Shown here: positions 53,150 through 60,816 of the stretch, piece after piece
How positions within the stretch are numbered: position 1 is the first letter of the stretch
Layout of the letters: the number at the start of each line of letters is the position of its first letter
The notes under the pieces: generated by a model
Databases searched by the model: none
The model's input: the letters and a program-made list of their open reading frames with translations, nothing else
What the model was told of the DNA's origin: nothing
IMG/VR virus record: IMGVR_UViG_3300049143_000034
Span: 1 to 60,816 of that record
Reading direction: 5' to 3' (one strand)
Length of the DNA: 60,816 bases
From: a virus
Lineage: Duplodnaviria > Caudoviricetes
Translations under genes and position numbers: made by a program

Positions 53150-53640
53150 GACCGCACCTGCCCATCCGGTGCGCCGTGGACCGCTACGCGCAGTTCCTCG
53201 ATGGCGACGTGCAACCCTTCAGCGATGCCGTAGTAGCCGTCCCGGCGATGCTCGGATTCTTCGGCCGCCCACTTCTCGAACAGGTCGGTCACTCGATCCA
53301 GCTGCGCTTCCAGATCCGCGATTCGCTTGCGGGCCGCACGCAGGTCGGCGCCCAGGTCGGCGACGTTCTCCCACACCGCGCCCCAGTCGCCGTCGCCATC
53401 CTCGTCGATCAGGTGGTGCAAACCGGTCGCGTCGAGGACAGCCCGGCACTGCCGATCGATGATGGAGCCCAGGGTCTTGCCGCCGCGGCGGAGCTGGGCG
53501 ATCTGCTCCTGCGCGGTGCGGCGGGACGCCCACGTCACGCGGAGGACGCGCAACGCCTGGGCGTAGCGGAACACCAGCTCGTCCTGCGACAGGCCGAGAC
53601 CGGCCTGGCAGTCCTCCATGAACTGATTCGGGTTACGCAT
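53146..53640 (-). CDS. Hypothetical coiled-coil protein
   Basis: AAGGAG RBS; coupled. Confidence 0.75.
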   Translation of the reverse strand: MRNPNQFMEDCQAGLGLSQDELVFRYAQALRVLRVTWASRRTAQEQIAQLRRGGKTLGSIIDRQCRAVLDATGLHHLIDEDGDGDWGAVWENVADLGADLRAARKRIADLEAQLDRVTDLFEKWAAEESEHRRDGYYGIAEGLHVAIEELRVAVHGAPDGQVRS

Positions 53641-53833
53641 CGGGGTTCTCCTTGCGGCCGTGCTCGGCCATCCACTGATGTGTCGGGGTCCACTCGTCCC
53701 ACCGCTGCACAGCGGCGGAGGTGGTGATGTCGTCGGCGCGGCGCGCGTGATGCAGGAGACCGTCGAGGGCGCCGGAGACGAGGTGGCCGACGAAGGTGTC
53801 GGCGATGGGGTGAGGCAGATGCAGGCGGGTCAC
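53633..53833 (-). CDS. Hypothetical protein
   Basis: GTGA overlap. Confidence 0.7.
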   Translation of the reverse strand: MTRLHLPHPIADTFVGHLVSGALDGLLHHARRADDITTSAAVQRWDEWTPTHQWMAEHGRKENPDA

Positions 53834-54339
53834 GGAGTCACCGCCAATCCGGCGATGAGGCGCTTCGCCTCAGAGGTGCAGGCGACGCAGTCGGTGCGGC
53901 CCTCCATCTCCCACCACCGGGTCGACCAGACATAGGCGCTCGCCTTCCGGCAGACCGCGGTCACCTCGTCGCGCTCGTACGCGGACTCGTTCTTCTCGAT
54001 GACCAGCGGCACCAGATGCACCGCCCGGCTACGGTCCTTCACGGCCCAGGTGTGGCCGTCGAGCTGCGGGCGTGGCTCCACTCCCCACCTCGGGGTGTGG
54101 GGGCAGTCCATGCTGACCTTGATGTCTTTGTGCCGCTTGATCACCAGGCGGAAGCCGAGCTTTTCGTCACGCTGTCGGGCAGCCTTGGAGCGCGAGAAGT
54201 TTTGCCACGCCTCGTCCTCGCTGTAGCAGTACCGGGCGAGGGACCAGGAGCATTCACAGCCACACGGGGCGATGACCACCCACGTGCACTGATCGGCCGG
54301 GACGGGGACGCCGTCGACCTCGAAGTAGATGGTGGTCAC
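53830..54339 (-). CDS. Cys-containing hypothetical protein
   Basis: PCGC.C...C.H.P.WG...C..C; GTGA overlap. Confidence 0.75.
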   Translation of the reverse strand: MTTIYFEVDGVPVPADQCTWVVIAPCGCECSWSLARYCYSEDEAWQNFSRSKAARQRDEKLGFRLVIKRHKDIKVSMDCPHTPRWGVEPRPQLDGHTWAVKDRSRAVHLVPLVIEKNESAYERDEVTAVCRKASAYVWSTRWWEMEGRTDCVACTSEAKRLIAGLAVTP

Positions 54340-54560
54340 GGGGTCACCGCCGGGAACAGCAGCGCGATCAGGTGACCGGCGATCCGGTACTCCACAGACC
54401 CCGCAGGGTCCTCGGTGACCATCGCGAACAGCAGCTTCTCCAACGCCTCGCTCGTCGCGCAGGTGGCGACAGCGACGGCGATGTGGTGATCGACGGAATC
54501 GTCTGGCGTGGCCAGCAACTGGGCCACGTACTCCTCGTACGCGGCGGGGTGGGTCAGCAT
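54336..54560 (-). CDS. Hypothetical protein
   Basis: Coding-like ORF coupled to the next gene. Confidence 0.65.
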   Translation of the reverse strand: MLTHPAAYEEYVAQLLATPDDSVDHHIAVAVATCATSEALEKLLFAMVTEDPAGSVEYRIAGHLIALLFPAVTP

Positions 54561-54629
54561 GATGTAGACTCATTTCTCGCGTGTGTTGACGTGTTGGCCG
54601 CCGGAGTTCCGTTCCGGCGGTCATTTCTC

Positions 54630-55058
54630 TTATGGAGAGTTGGGGGCACGCCCAGAACCCCCGACATCGCCTACTGGCGGCTCTGGGCGTGCGGCCTCAC
54701 TGCGCAGCGGGTCAGGCTGTGGTGAGGGGGTAGGGGGTTCGACGTAGGCAGCGGCGGACCACAGGGCGTTCGCGATTGTCCGAACCTGCTGGTTGGACAG
54801 CGCGTACCAGTCCGGCCAGTACTGGAACTCCAGAGTCGTGGAGATGTAGACGCCGCCGTCGCAGGTGAAGATCTTCAGGCCGTTGTCGTCGTGCCACCAC
54901 TGCATCTCCGACTGGTGGCTGTCGGTGGTGTGCTCGATACGGATCGGCGTGCGGGAGAGGTACGCCTGAGACGCGATCGACGCGAGGCGTTCGATCTCCG
55001 CGTGCAGGGTGCGGATTGCGTGATCCGAGCTGGGGAAGTGCCGGAGTTCGCCGCTCAT
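54630..55058 (-). CDS. Hypothetical protein
   Basis: TGATG coupling. Confidence 0.75.
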   Translation of the reverse strand: MSGELRHFPSSDHAIRTLHAEIERLASIASQAYLSRTPIRIEHTTDSHQSEMQWWHDDNGLKIFTCDGGVYISTTLEFQYWPDWYALSNQQVRTIANALWSAAAYVEPPTPSPQPDPLRSEAARPEPPVGDVGGSGRAPNSP

Positions 55059-55210
55059 CACCGCTCACCCCCGTCCGCATCCCGGCGGGGCGCGGCCAGG
55101 GGGGTAGCCGCTGCCTCACCGCCGGGACGCCCACCCTCGGCGGCAGGGGGGGTTGCGCCGAGGGGGTTCAGGAGCCGCCGGATACGGCGGTAGGTGGTGA
55201 ACGGGTTCAT
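55058..55210 (-). CDS. 50-aa hypothetical protein
   Basis: MNPFTTYRRIRRLL...; overlaps both neighbours by stop/start. Confidence 0.5.
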   Translation of the reverse strand: MNPFTTYRRIRRLLNPLGATPPAAEGGRPGGEAAATPLAAPRRDADGGER

Positions 55211-55662
55211 GCCGCACCGCCCTGGGTCCGAGTTTTGCGAGCTTCGGCCGCACGCAGCATGGACTGGGCGCGCTCCAGCTGATTCCGCAACTCGACGTAC
55301 CGCTGCAACCGGCCGTCCTCACGGGCCTGGATCTTCGCGGTGCGCTTGACCCCCAGGGCCACACCGCCAGCCGCCGCCCGATCGTTGATCAGCGGCTCGG
55401 TGAGCGGCGCCATCTGAGCTTCCAGGGTGGCGATCCGGTCCCGCCAGTACGACGCCGGGCGATACCGCCGCGGTTGGGGTTTCGGCCGGGGCTCCGGCTT
55501 CCGCTCCTCGGGGAGTTCCACCAGGTCCTCGTCGCCGTCACGGACGAACCAATCCAGCAGCGGCGGGAACCGCAGGTCGGGGTTCTTCTGGCCGGCCAAC
55601 CACTCGTCGGCGCGCTGCTGGAGGATGGTCATGTACTCGTCGAGGGACATGCGGGTGCTCAT
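55207..55662 (-). CDS. Hypothetical protein
   Basis: ATGA overlaps. Confidence 0.75.
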   Translation of the reverse strand: MSTRMSLDEYMTILQQRADEWLAGQKNPDLRFPPLLDWFVRDGDEDLVELPEERKPEPRPKPQPRRYRPASYWRDRIATLEAQMAPLTEPLINDRAAAGGVALGVKRTAKIQAREDGRLQRYVELRNQLERAQSMLRAAEARKTRTQGGAA

Positions 55663-56444
55663 GACGCCGCCTTGGTGACGCCCTCGTAGTACCGGTTCCA
55701 CACCTCGTCGAACAGCGGCTTGTCCGCCTGCGTGTAGGCGTACACCTCGCGCACCGTGCCGTTCGGCAACTCCTGGAACGCCTTGTGCGGTGTCTCGCCC
55801 CGCTCGGCCAGATACAAGCCCTTGAGCCTGCGCCCGAATCCGGACGCCTTGGCGGCGATCATGTCCGACGCGAGGTCCTTCGACTTCAGGTAGTCGGACA
55901 CGTACAGCGGCACGTCGGCCGGGTTGATCTCCGGCGTCTCCCCCAGGCCACGGGCCAGGACGACGCGCGCCTTCGCTTCGAGATGCTTCGGGTCGATGAT
56001 CCCCTTGAACGCAGCGATCAGGTTCGCCTGAGCGGTCGCCCGGTTCGCCAGCACCTCAAGCTGATCCGTGGTCGCGGACGGGTTGATCGCACCGCCCTCA
56101 TGGAAGTAGGCGTCGAGAGCGTCAGCGGCTTCGCGCTGGAACGCCTGAACGATCGGACGAGACTCCTCGTTCACCCGGTTCTCGTCGATCGTGGCGAGCC
56201 ACATCGTCATCGTCCGGCGGTCGATCATCAACATCTCGCGGGAGCGTCCGTCCGGAGCAACCTCGGTGCTCATGACCGAGGTTGCCCACGACTTGGCCTT
56301 GAGCTTGCGGCGCTGCGACTCGACGTCGATGCCGATCGCATCGCACATCGGCTTCAGCGCGACGAACGGCTTGCCGTCGATCAGCGTCGCGACGAGCGAT
56401 GCATCCGATCCACGGACGGGGATGGTTGCGAGTTCGGCGCTCAT
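55659..56444 (-). CDS. Phage antirepressor (P22 Ant N-terminal domain)
   Basis: GKPFVALKPMCDAIGID...Q..KLK...DG..REM...WL.TI...Q.E.ADAL..YF..G.AIN. Confidence 0.88.
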   Translation of the reverse strand: MSAELATIPVRGSDASLVATLIDGKPFVALKPMCDAIGIDVESQRRKLKAKSWATSVMSTEVAPDGRSREMLMIDRRTMTMWLATIDENRVNEESRPIVQAFQREAADALDAYFHEGGAINPSATTDQLEVLANRATAQANLIAAFKGIIDPKHLEAKARVVLARGLGETPEINPADVPLYVSDYLKSKDLASDMIAAKASGFGRRLKGLYLAERGETPHKAFQELPNGTVREVYAYTQADKPLFDEVWNRYYEGVTKAAS

Positions 56445-56620
56445 GCCGCCGCTCCCTTCTTGGCGGCTGCGGCTTTGTCGCGACGGTGGGCGGAGAACGC
56501 CGAACGGATCAACATCTTCTGCTGCTCGTTCAGCGGTGGCGCCGTCTCCAACTGCTCGTCAACCCACGCCTCCATCTCCGCCTCGTAGTGCTCCTGACGG
56601 GTGAGCTTGCGCGCGGTCAT
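56441..56620 (-). CDS. Small hypothetical protein after cro
   Basis: WV......APPL..QQ..LI; coupled. Confidence 0.75.
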   Translation of the reverse strand: MTARKLTRQEHYEAEMEAWVDEQLETAPPLNEQQKMLIRSAFSAHRRDKAAAAKKGAAA

Positions 56621-56856
56621 GACGCCTCCCGCAGACGGTTGAGGTTGACGAACGCGTCCCGCTCCAACCCCAGACACAGGGCGATAGACTCAAGCTCGTC
56701 AACGGTGAAGGGGTTGATGTCATGCAGGCGCCGGCGCAGGGTTTCGCGTGGAATGCCGGTCTCGTCAGCCAGCTGCTTCCAGGAGATGTCCTTGTGTTTG
56801 ATCGCCGCTCGGACGGAGGCGGAGACCTGGCGACGGAGCGCCGGTGATCTACCCAT
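56617..56856 (-). CDS. Cro-like XRE HTH protein
   Basis: ISWKQLADETGIPRETLRRRL...FTVDEL..IA..LG; divergent from the repressor; TAAGCT -10, leaderless. Confidence 0.88.
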   Translation of the reverse strand: MGRSPALRRQVSASVRAAIKHKDISWKQLADETGIPRETLRRRLHDINPFTVDELESIALCLGLERDAFVNLNRLREAS

Positions 56857-56983
56857 GTAGGTAGCTTATCCGTCTACATGGGTAGGTGGCAAGGTATTCG
56901 CCGGATTGCGTTTGCAGGTCGATTCAGGGCGGACAAGTGCGGACGGTATGGTTACCGCCCTATCGCGATACCCATTTGGGTAG
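56849..56983. promoter_or_regulatory. Three 16-bp immunity operators, consensus CTACCCA-NN-TRGGTAG
   Basis: 56849-56864 CTACCCATGTAGGTAG; 56870-56885 (rc) CTACCCATGTAGACGG; 56968-56983 (rc) CTACCCAAATGGGTAT. Confidence 0.8.
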
Positions 56984-56997
56984 GTAACCTACGAGCC

Positions 56998-57351
56998 ATG
57001 GCTACGAACGCACGTCAGATCGGGAAACTGACGCGCTCGATTGTCGCGGAGATCCGCGCACGGCGAGTCCGACTCGATATGACACAAGAAGCGTTGGCGG
57101 AGAAGTCGGGAGTTCCCCTGCCAACCCTCGGGAAGATCGAGCGCCTTCAGGCGCCGATAGATGTGGAACAGCTCGAACGCATTGCCATCGCCCTGGGCAT
57201 CACCCCGGACGAACTGGTCGCAGATGCGCTGTCCAACGCTGCGGTCGCCGAAGCCGCCACCGCGGCGAGCGCGCCGGAGTCCAAGGACCACATCGAACAG
57301 GTCGCTTCTCGCAAGCGCGCCGCCCGCAACGGCACCTCCCGCTCGCGATAG
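56998..57351 (+). CDS. Immunity repressor (XRE HTH, no peptidase domain)
   Basis: IRARR..LDMTQEALAEKSGV...TLGKIER; TAACCT -10 located 7 nt before the ATG. Confidence 0.88.
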   Translation: MATNARQIGKLTRSIVAEIRARRVRLDMTQEALAEKSGVPLPTLGKIERLQAPIDVEQLERIAIALGITPDELVADALSNAAVAEAATAASAPESKDHIEQVASRKRAARNGTSRSR

Positions 57352-57644
57352 GACATCCACACGCCAGTTATCCACCCGACATCATCGTTGAATTGCCAGC
57401 CGGCCAGGGCCCGCGACCCCAGCGCGAACACTGCGTAACCCGCCGCAGATAGCTTGGCCTTCTGGATGCTGTCCAGGGCATTCCTGGGTATGACTTCGAT
57501 TCGCCCTTTGTCGATCACGACGGATCCGACGATCACCCCATCATCCGAGGGGGTAAGTGTTCCACAGGGTGGGGATACGAGGATCCCGAGTGCTTCGAGG
57601 TCTGCGTACCCTGCTGTGCATGGATCTGGATCGTTGCGGCTCAT
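57147..57644 (-). CDS. Hypothetical protein under a LexA-like box, convergent with the repressor
   Basis: MSRNDPDPC...; 3' end overlaps the repressor antisense by 205 nt. Confidence 0.55.
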   Translation of the reverse strand: MSRNDPDPCTAGYADLEALGILVSPPCGTLTPSDDGVIVGSVVIDKGRIEVIPRNALDSIQKAKLSAAGYAVFALGSRALAGWQFNDDVGWITGVWMSYREREVPLRAARLREATCSMWSLDSGALAAVAASATAALDSASATSSSGVMPRAMAMRSSCSTSIGA

Positions 57645-57684
57645 CGGAGCGCCGCCTGGATGCCCACCCTCACTGAACCCATAC

Positions 57685-57700
57685 CCGAACATACATTCGA
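57685..57700 (-). promoter_or_regulatory. LexA (SOS) box overlapping a -10 element
   Basis: TCGAATGTATGTTCGG versus actinobacterial consensus TCGAAC-N4-GTTCGA; contains TATGTT. Confidence 0.7.
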
Positions 57701-58195
57701 TCCACGGAGGATGGGAACCCCGATCCTGGAATCGAGCAAACGCGGCGCCCTGCGGCGGAGATGATGGCCTGATAGGACTACGGTGATCATCGGGCCACCG
57801 CCGGTAATCGCACCACCTCGGCTGAGACCAGTCCCTCATCTGCCATGACGCCACCCTCCGCTACCGGCCCGGCCCCCACTCGGATCCGTTTAACGCTCTA
57901 CTAGTTGTGTGAGGCCGATCATAGTCAGCATCCGACCGGCAGCCTAGAGCTTTCGCGGCAAATCGCCCAATTTAGCAGACCGTTATGGTCGACCGCGCGA
58001 CAAGTTAGCTGGTTGAGGCGCAACAGTCTTCGACATGGTCTTGGCTACAGCGCCTCGGGGACTTGCCATATGGCAAATTCCAGCATCGATCTAGCTAATT
58101 CCACCTGAGCGAGAATCTCGACACGTCAACGGAGTTCCGACCGACCGGTTCGTGAATCCCGGCGTACCACCGGCAATCCCCTCCGGATCATCGGG

Positions 58196-59551
58196 TCAAA
58201 GCTTCCACTGGATCTTGATCCGCTTCGGGTCGAAGTGCCCCGTCTTCAACGCCTTCTGAAATTTGATCACCATAAGGGAATCTATGATTGCCCGGCGACG
58301 ATCCAGAAGCAGCCCAGGAAACTCGCCCGCATCCGCGCCCACCACGCCCTTGAACAAACGTGCCATGTTCGCGTCCTGCATCGCAGTCTCGATCTGTTCC
58401 AACCGTGTCCGCGCACGCTCCGACCCGGACCGCAACTGTTCCCGACTCAACACCCCGTCTGCATAGTCGATCGCCAGAGTGTCCAACTTCTCCCGCAGAG
58501 CCGCCGCTTCCAAGCGCAGCTCGTGCAGATCCGGTCGGTTCTGATCCACCAGAAGTTCCATCGCATCCGGGCGAGACAATCTCCTCACCACCAGCCGCGT
58601 CACATGCCTGTCTGCGTGATCCACCTGCATCTGCACCTTGAAGCACGTCCCACACCTATAAGCCGGGCGCCGGGTGCGCGTAGTGCCCGTGACATCCATC
58701 GGGTTGCCGCACATCCCGCACAGGGAGATCCCCGTCTGGAGATACACGCGGCCCGTGGAAGTTCCGGAGCGCCGGGACGGATCGGCGAGGATGTCACACA
58801 CCGCCTGAAACACATCCTCGGTCACGGCCGCCGGCCACTTCGCCTTGCCTAGGATCTCGCCGTTGTACGCCCGGAGACCGGCGTAGCGCGGGTTCTGGAG
58901 GATCTTGCGCACCGACACCTGGGACTTGAATTCGTTGCCCAGCGTGGACTTCAGCCCCCGTTCGTTCCATGTCCTGACGATCGACATCAGGGAGTGCCCC
59001 GACAGGACCATCTCGTACGCTTCGGTCACCGCGGCCAGCTCCGTTGGGACAGCGGTGTCATCGAGGTTGTATCCGAACGGCCGTCTTGACGCCCATGTCT
59101 CACCCGCCTCGGCCATCTGCCGCATCTTGCGTTTCTGCCGCGCCGAGCGACGATCGATCTCGGCGCGAGCCACAGCACCCTTGATGCGCGCGATCATGCG
59201 GCCGTTGTCCGTGGAGAGGTCCACATCGCCCGTCACGGTGGCGAGGGGTATGCGCATCCGGTCGGCGAGGGGAATCAGGTACTCGAGGTCGATGGGCTCA
59301 CGGTAGAGCCGATCGAGGTCCCAGCACACCATCGCCTGAACGGTGCCCGCTTCGATGTCGACGAGCATCTGATCCCACGCAGGCCGTTTCCGCTTCGCGC
59401 CGACGGCGGAGGTGTCATTGTCGACGTAGTCGATGGGCTCCCATCCGCGTTGCGCGCACAGCTGGTGGCAGTCGTCGCGTTGGCGGGAGATGGCGAGCTG
59501 GTCGTCTTCGCGGTCTTCGGACTGGCGGAGGTAGACAGCGGCGCGCTTCAC
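58196..59551 (-). CDS. int: Large serine integrase
   Basis: AAVYLRQS, DLDRL.R, RPFGY, NPRYAG, CGMCG..YRCGTC Zn ribbon, coiled coil; GGAGG RBS before the GTG. Confidence 0.95.
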   Translation of the reverse strand: MKRAAVYLRQSEDREDDQLAISRQRDDCHQLCAQRGWEPIDYVDNDTSAVGAKRKRPAWDQMLVDIEAGTVQAMVCWDLDRLYREPIDLEYLIPLADRMRIPLATVTGDVDLSTDNGRMIARIKGAVARAEIDRRSARQKRKMRQMAEAGETWASRRPFGYNLDDTAVPTELAAVTEAYEMVLSGHSLMSIVRTWNERGLKSTLGNEFKSQVSVRKILQNPRYAGLRAYNGEILGKAKWPAAVTEDVFQAVCDILADPSRRSGTSTGRVYLQTGISLCGMCGNPMDVTGTTRTRRPAYRCGTCFKVQMQVDHADRHVTRLVVRRLSRPDAMELLVDQNRPDLHELRLEAAALREKLDTLAIDYADGVLSREQLRSGSERARTRLEQIETAMQDANMARLFKGVVGADAGEFPGLLLDRRRAIIDSLMVIKFQKALKTGHFDPKRIKIQWKL

Positions 59552-59614
59552 GGTAGCCTCCATCGGCATTCGGCAGCCCTGGACGGCCGCCGCGGTGAAC
59601 GCTACTCTAGTGCA

Positions 59615-59656
59615 GTGGTTTTCGTACCACCAGATTGCTCGTGGTACGCAAAACAC
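59615..59656. other. Candidate intact attP site
   Basis: GTGGTTTT-CGTACCAC-caga-TT-gctc-GTGGTACG-C-AAAACAC just upstream of int. Confidence 0.7.
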
Positions 59657-59793
59657 GCCTCCTGTTATCTCGTCTCCCGTGGATGCTACCTGTGGCGAAT
59701 CGCCTGCTCAGCAAGCCAGCTAGGACCGTTATGTCTAGTTCAACGAGCGCCATGGGCTCGGCAGTTCCCACCTCACCACAAAGGATCCCGCAC

Positions 59794-60117
59794 ATGCGCA
59801 TCCGAATCGCCCTCACCGCTCTTGCCGCCGCGGCGCTCGCCCTGACTCCCTGGCCCGCCGGCGCTACCCCGTGGCCGGGTTGGACCGATGGCCAGCAGAT
59901 GGAGGTCCGCCTCCTCGCCGGTGGCGTCAACCGCCAGTTCCAGCCGGACATCATCACCACCGCCGCCGAGGTGTGCGCCGTCCTCCGCGTCGACGGGAGG
60001 GACGCCGCGCTCGAGCATCTCGGGTCGCGCGGATACTTCGCGGGCTACCAGCGCGGCTACACCCTGGGCGTGATGGTGGACGTGGTGTGCCCGGCCATGC
60101 TGGGCGTGATCCGATGA
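59794..60117 (+). CDS. Secreted DUF732-like protein
   Basis: Signal peptide; A.EVC..L...VVCP Cys pair; AAGGA RBS. Confidence 0.75.
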   Translation: MRIRIALTALAAAALALTPWPAGATPWPGWTDGQQMEVRLLAGGVNRQFQPDIITTAAEVCAVLRVDGRDAALEHLGSRGYFAGYQRGYTLGVMVDVVCPAMLGVIR

Positions 60118-60326
60118 CCACCACCGAACGCGCCCGGCACGAGATGCTGCCGCCGATCACGGAGGACACCGCCCGCGATCCCGCGTTCCTGGCGGCGAAA
60201 CTCACCGAGGCGCTCGACCGCGCGGCAGTCATCGGGCAGGACTACGACAGCTCGCGCGCGGAACTCAGATACCTGCGCGGCAGGATCCAGCAGATCCGAG
60301 ATCAGCTGCGGCTGTGCGCCTCATGA
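60114..60326 (+). CDS. Hypothetical coiled-coil protein
   Basis: ATGA overlaps. Confidence 0.7.
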   Translation: MTTTERARHEMLPPITEDTARDPAFLAAKLTEALDRAAVIGQDYDSSRAELRYLRGRIQQIRDQLRLCAS

Positions 60327-60478
60327 CCGTGACGATCACGTTCGACGTGCCGGAGGAATGCGCGAAGAACATGCCACACGAGTTGGAGTTGCTGGCGGAC
60401 TTCATGGAGCCGCTGACGAAGTGGCTGACCGAGCGCGGTGGCGGCGTGTCCTACTCCAACACGCTGCGACCGGCGTAA
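60323..60478 (+). CDS. 51-aa hypothetical protein
   Basis: MTVTITFDVPEEC...; ATGA overlap. Confidence 0.6.
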   Translation: MTVTITFDVPEECAKNMPHELELLADFMEPLTKWLTERGGGVSYSNTLRPA

Positions 60479-60572
60479 CACCACCCGGTTACGCGCAGAT
60501 GAGCAGCCGACGGCCCACATACTGGGCGATCCACCGCAGGGGGGAATCCCTGCCAAACCTCCAGGGGAATCC

Positions 60573-60816
60573 ATGACCGACCCGCACTACCCTCCTGCTG
60601 ACCACTACAGCTACCGAGTGCTGCACGAGGATGGCGTGTTCGTCGCCCGGTGTGCCGAGTTCCCCGCGCTGAGCTGGGCTGCACCCACGCCGGAGGATGC
60701 CCGGATGGGGCTGGTCAAGCTCGTCGAGTCCACGCTGCGGGATCTCGTCGCCTCCGGTGGAGACGTCCCCCGGCCTGAGATCCCGTTCTCGCCGCCGGTT
60801 CCGCAGCACCACTTCC
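60573..60816 (+). CDS. HicB-like antitoxin domain protein, runs off the window end
   Basis: HYSYRV..EDG.FVARCAEFPALSW.APTPEDA..GL..LV...LRDL..SG..VP.P; AGGGG RBS; no stop before the end. Confidence 0.8.
   Translation, partial: MTDPHYPPADHYSYRVLHEDGVFVARCAEFPALSWAAPTPEDARMGLVKLVESTLRDLVASGGDVPRPEIPFSPPVPQHHF

Larger units (their letters stand above)
1..60816. mobile_element. Temperate actinobacteriophage (siphovirus), apparently a whole circularly permuted genome
   Basis: Complete set of modules (integrase, immunity, replication, packaging, head, tail, lysis); no host housekeeping genes; terminal ORFs appear to join. Confidence 0.95.

Noticed and set aside
5145-56588. Long plus-strand ORFs (e.g. 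22252-24318, 38463-40619, 5200-6492, 18323-19540)
   Set aside because: These are antisense shadows of well-supported minus-strand genes, typical of high-GC DNA; they are Arg/Pro-rich and lack motifs.
60114-60478. hicA toxin upstream of the HicB-like gene
   Set aside because: Neither small ORF has the HicA G-S-H dsRBD-like motif.

Overview
This window is a high-GC temperate actinobacteriophage of siphovirus type. The host is probably Nocardia or a relative, judged from secreted proteins ending in TGS(F/A)G motifs and an LGFP-repeat endolysin. It appears to be an essentially complete circular genome opened inside one gene: the last ORF (HicB-like) reads into the first (membrane tail), and a symmetric attP-like site lies next to a large serine integrase. 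Almost everything from 56.9 kb down to 4.7 kb is on the minus strand. In reading order: immunity switch (repressor/cro/operators), antirepressor, WhiB, Sak4-like ATPase, three orphan DNA methyltransferases, replication initiator with iterons and helicase, many small early genes, a late leader with a tRNA-like RNA, two glycosyltransferases, two HNH nucleases, terminase, portal, head and tail genes (with a -1 frameshift chaperone), and lysis genes. Accessory genes lie at 1-4.7 kb and 59.8-60.8 kb. The most unusual items are a tRNA-like RNA whose anticodon loop is replaced by a 56-nt nested structure, an orphan HicB apparently fused to a membrane domain, an XRE-TPR regulator with a micro-peptide cassette, a LexA-box gene converging into the repressor, several anti-SD leader structures, a stand-alone small RNA candidate, and short direct repeats at early-gene junctions. 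All family calls come from motif recognition by eye, not database searches, and many start codons were chosen from RBS or stop/start overlap.
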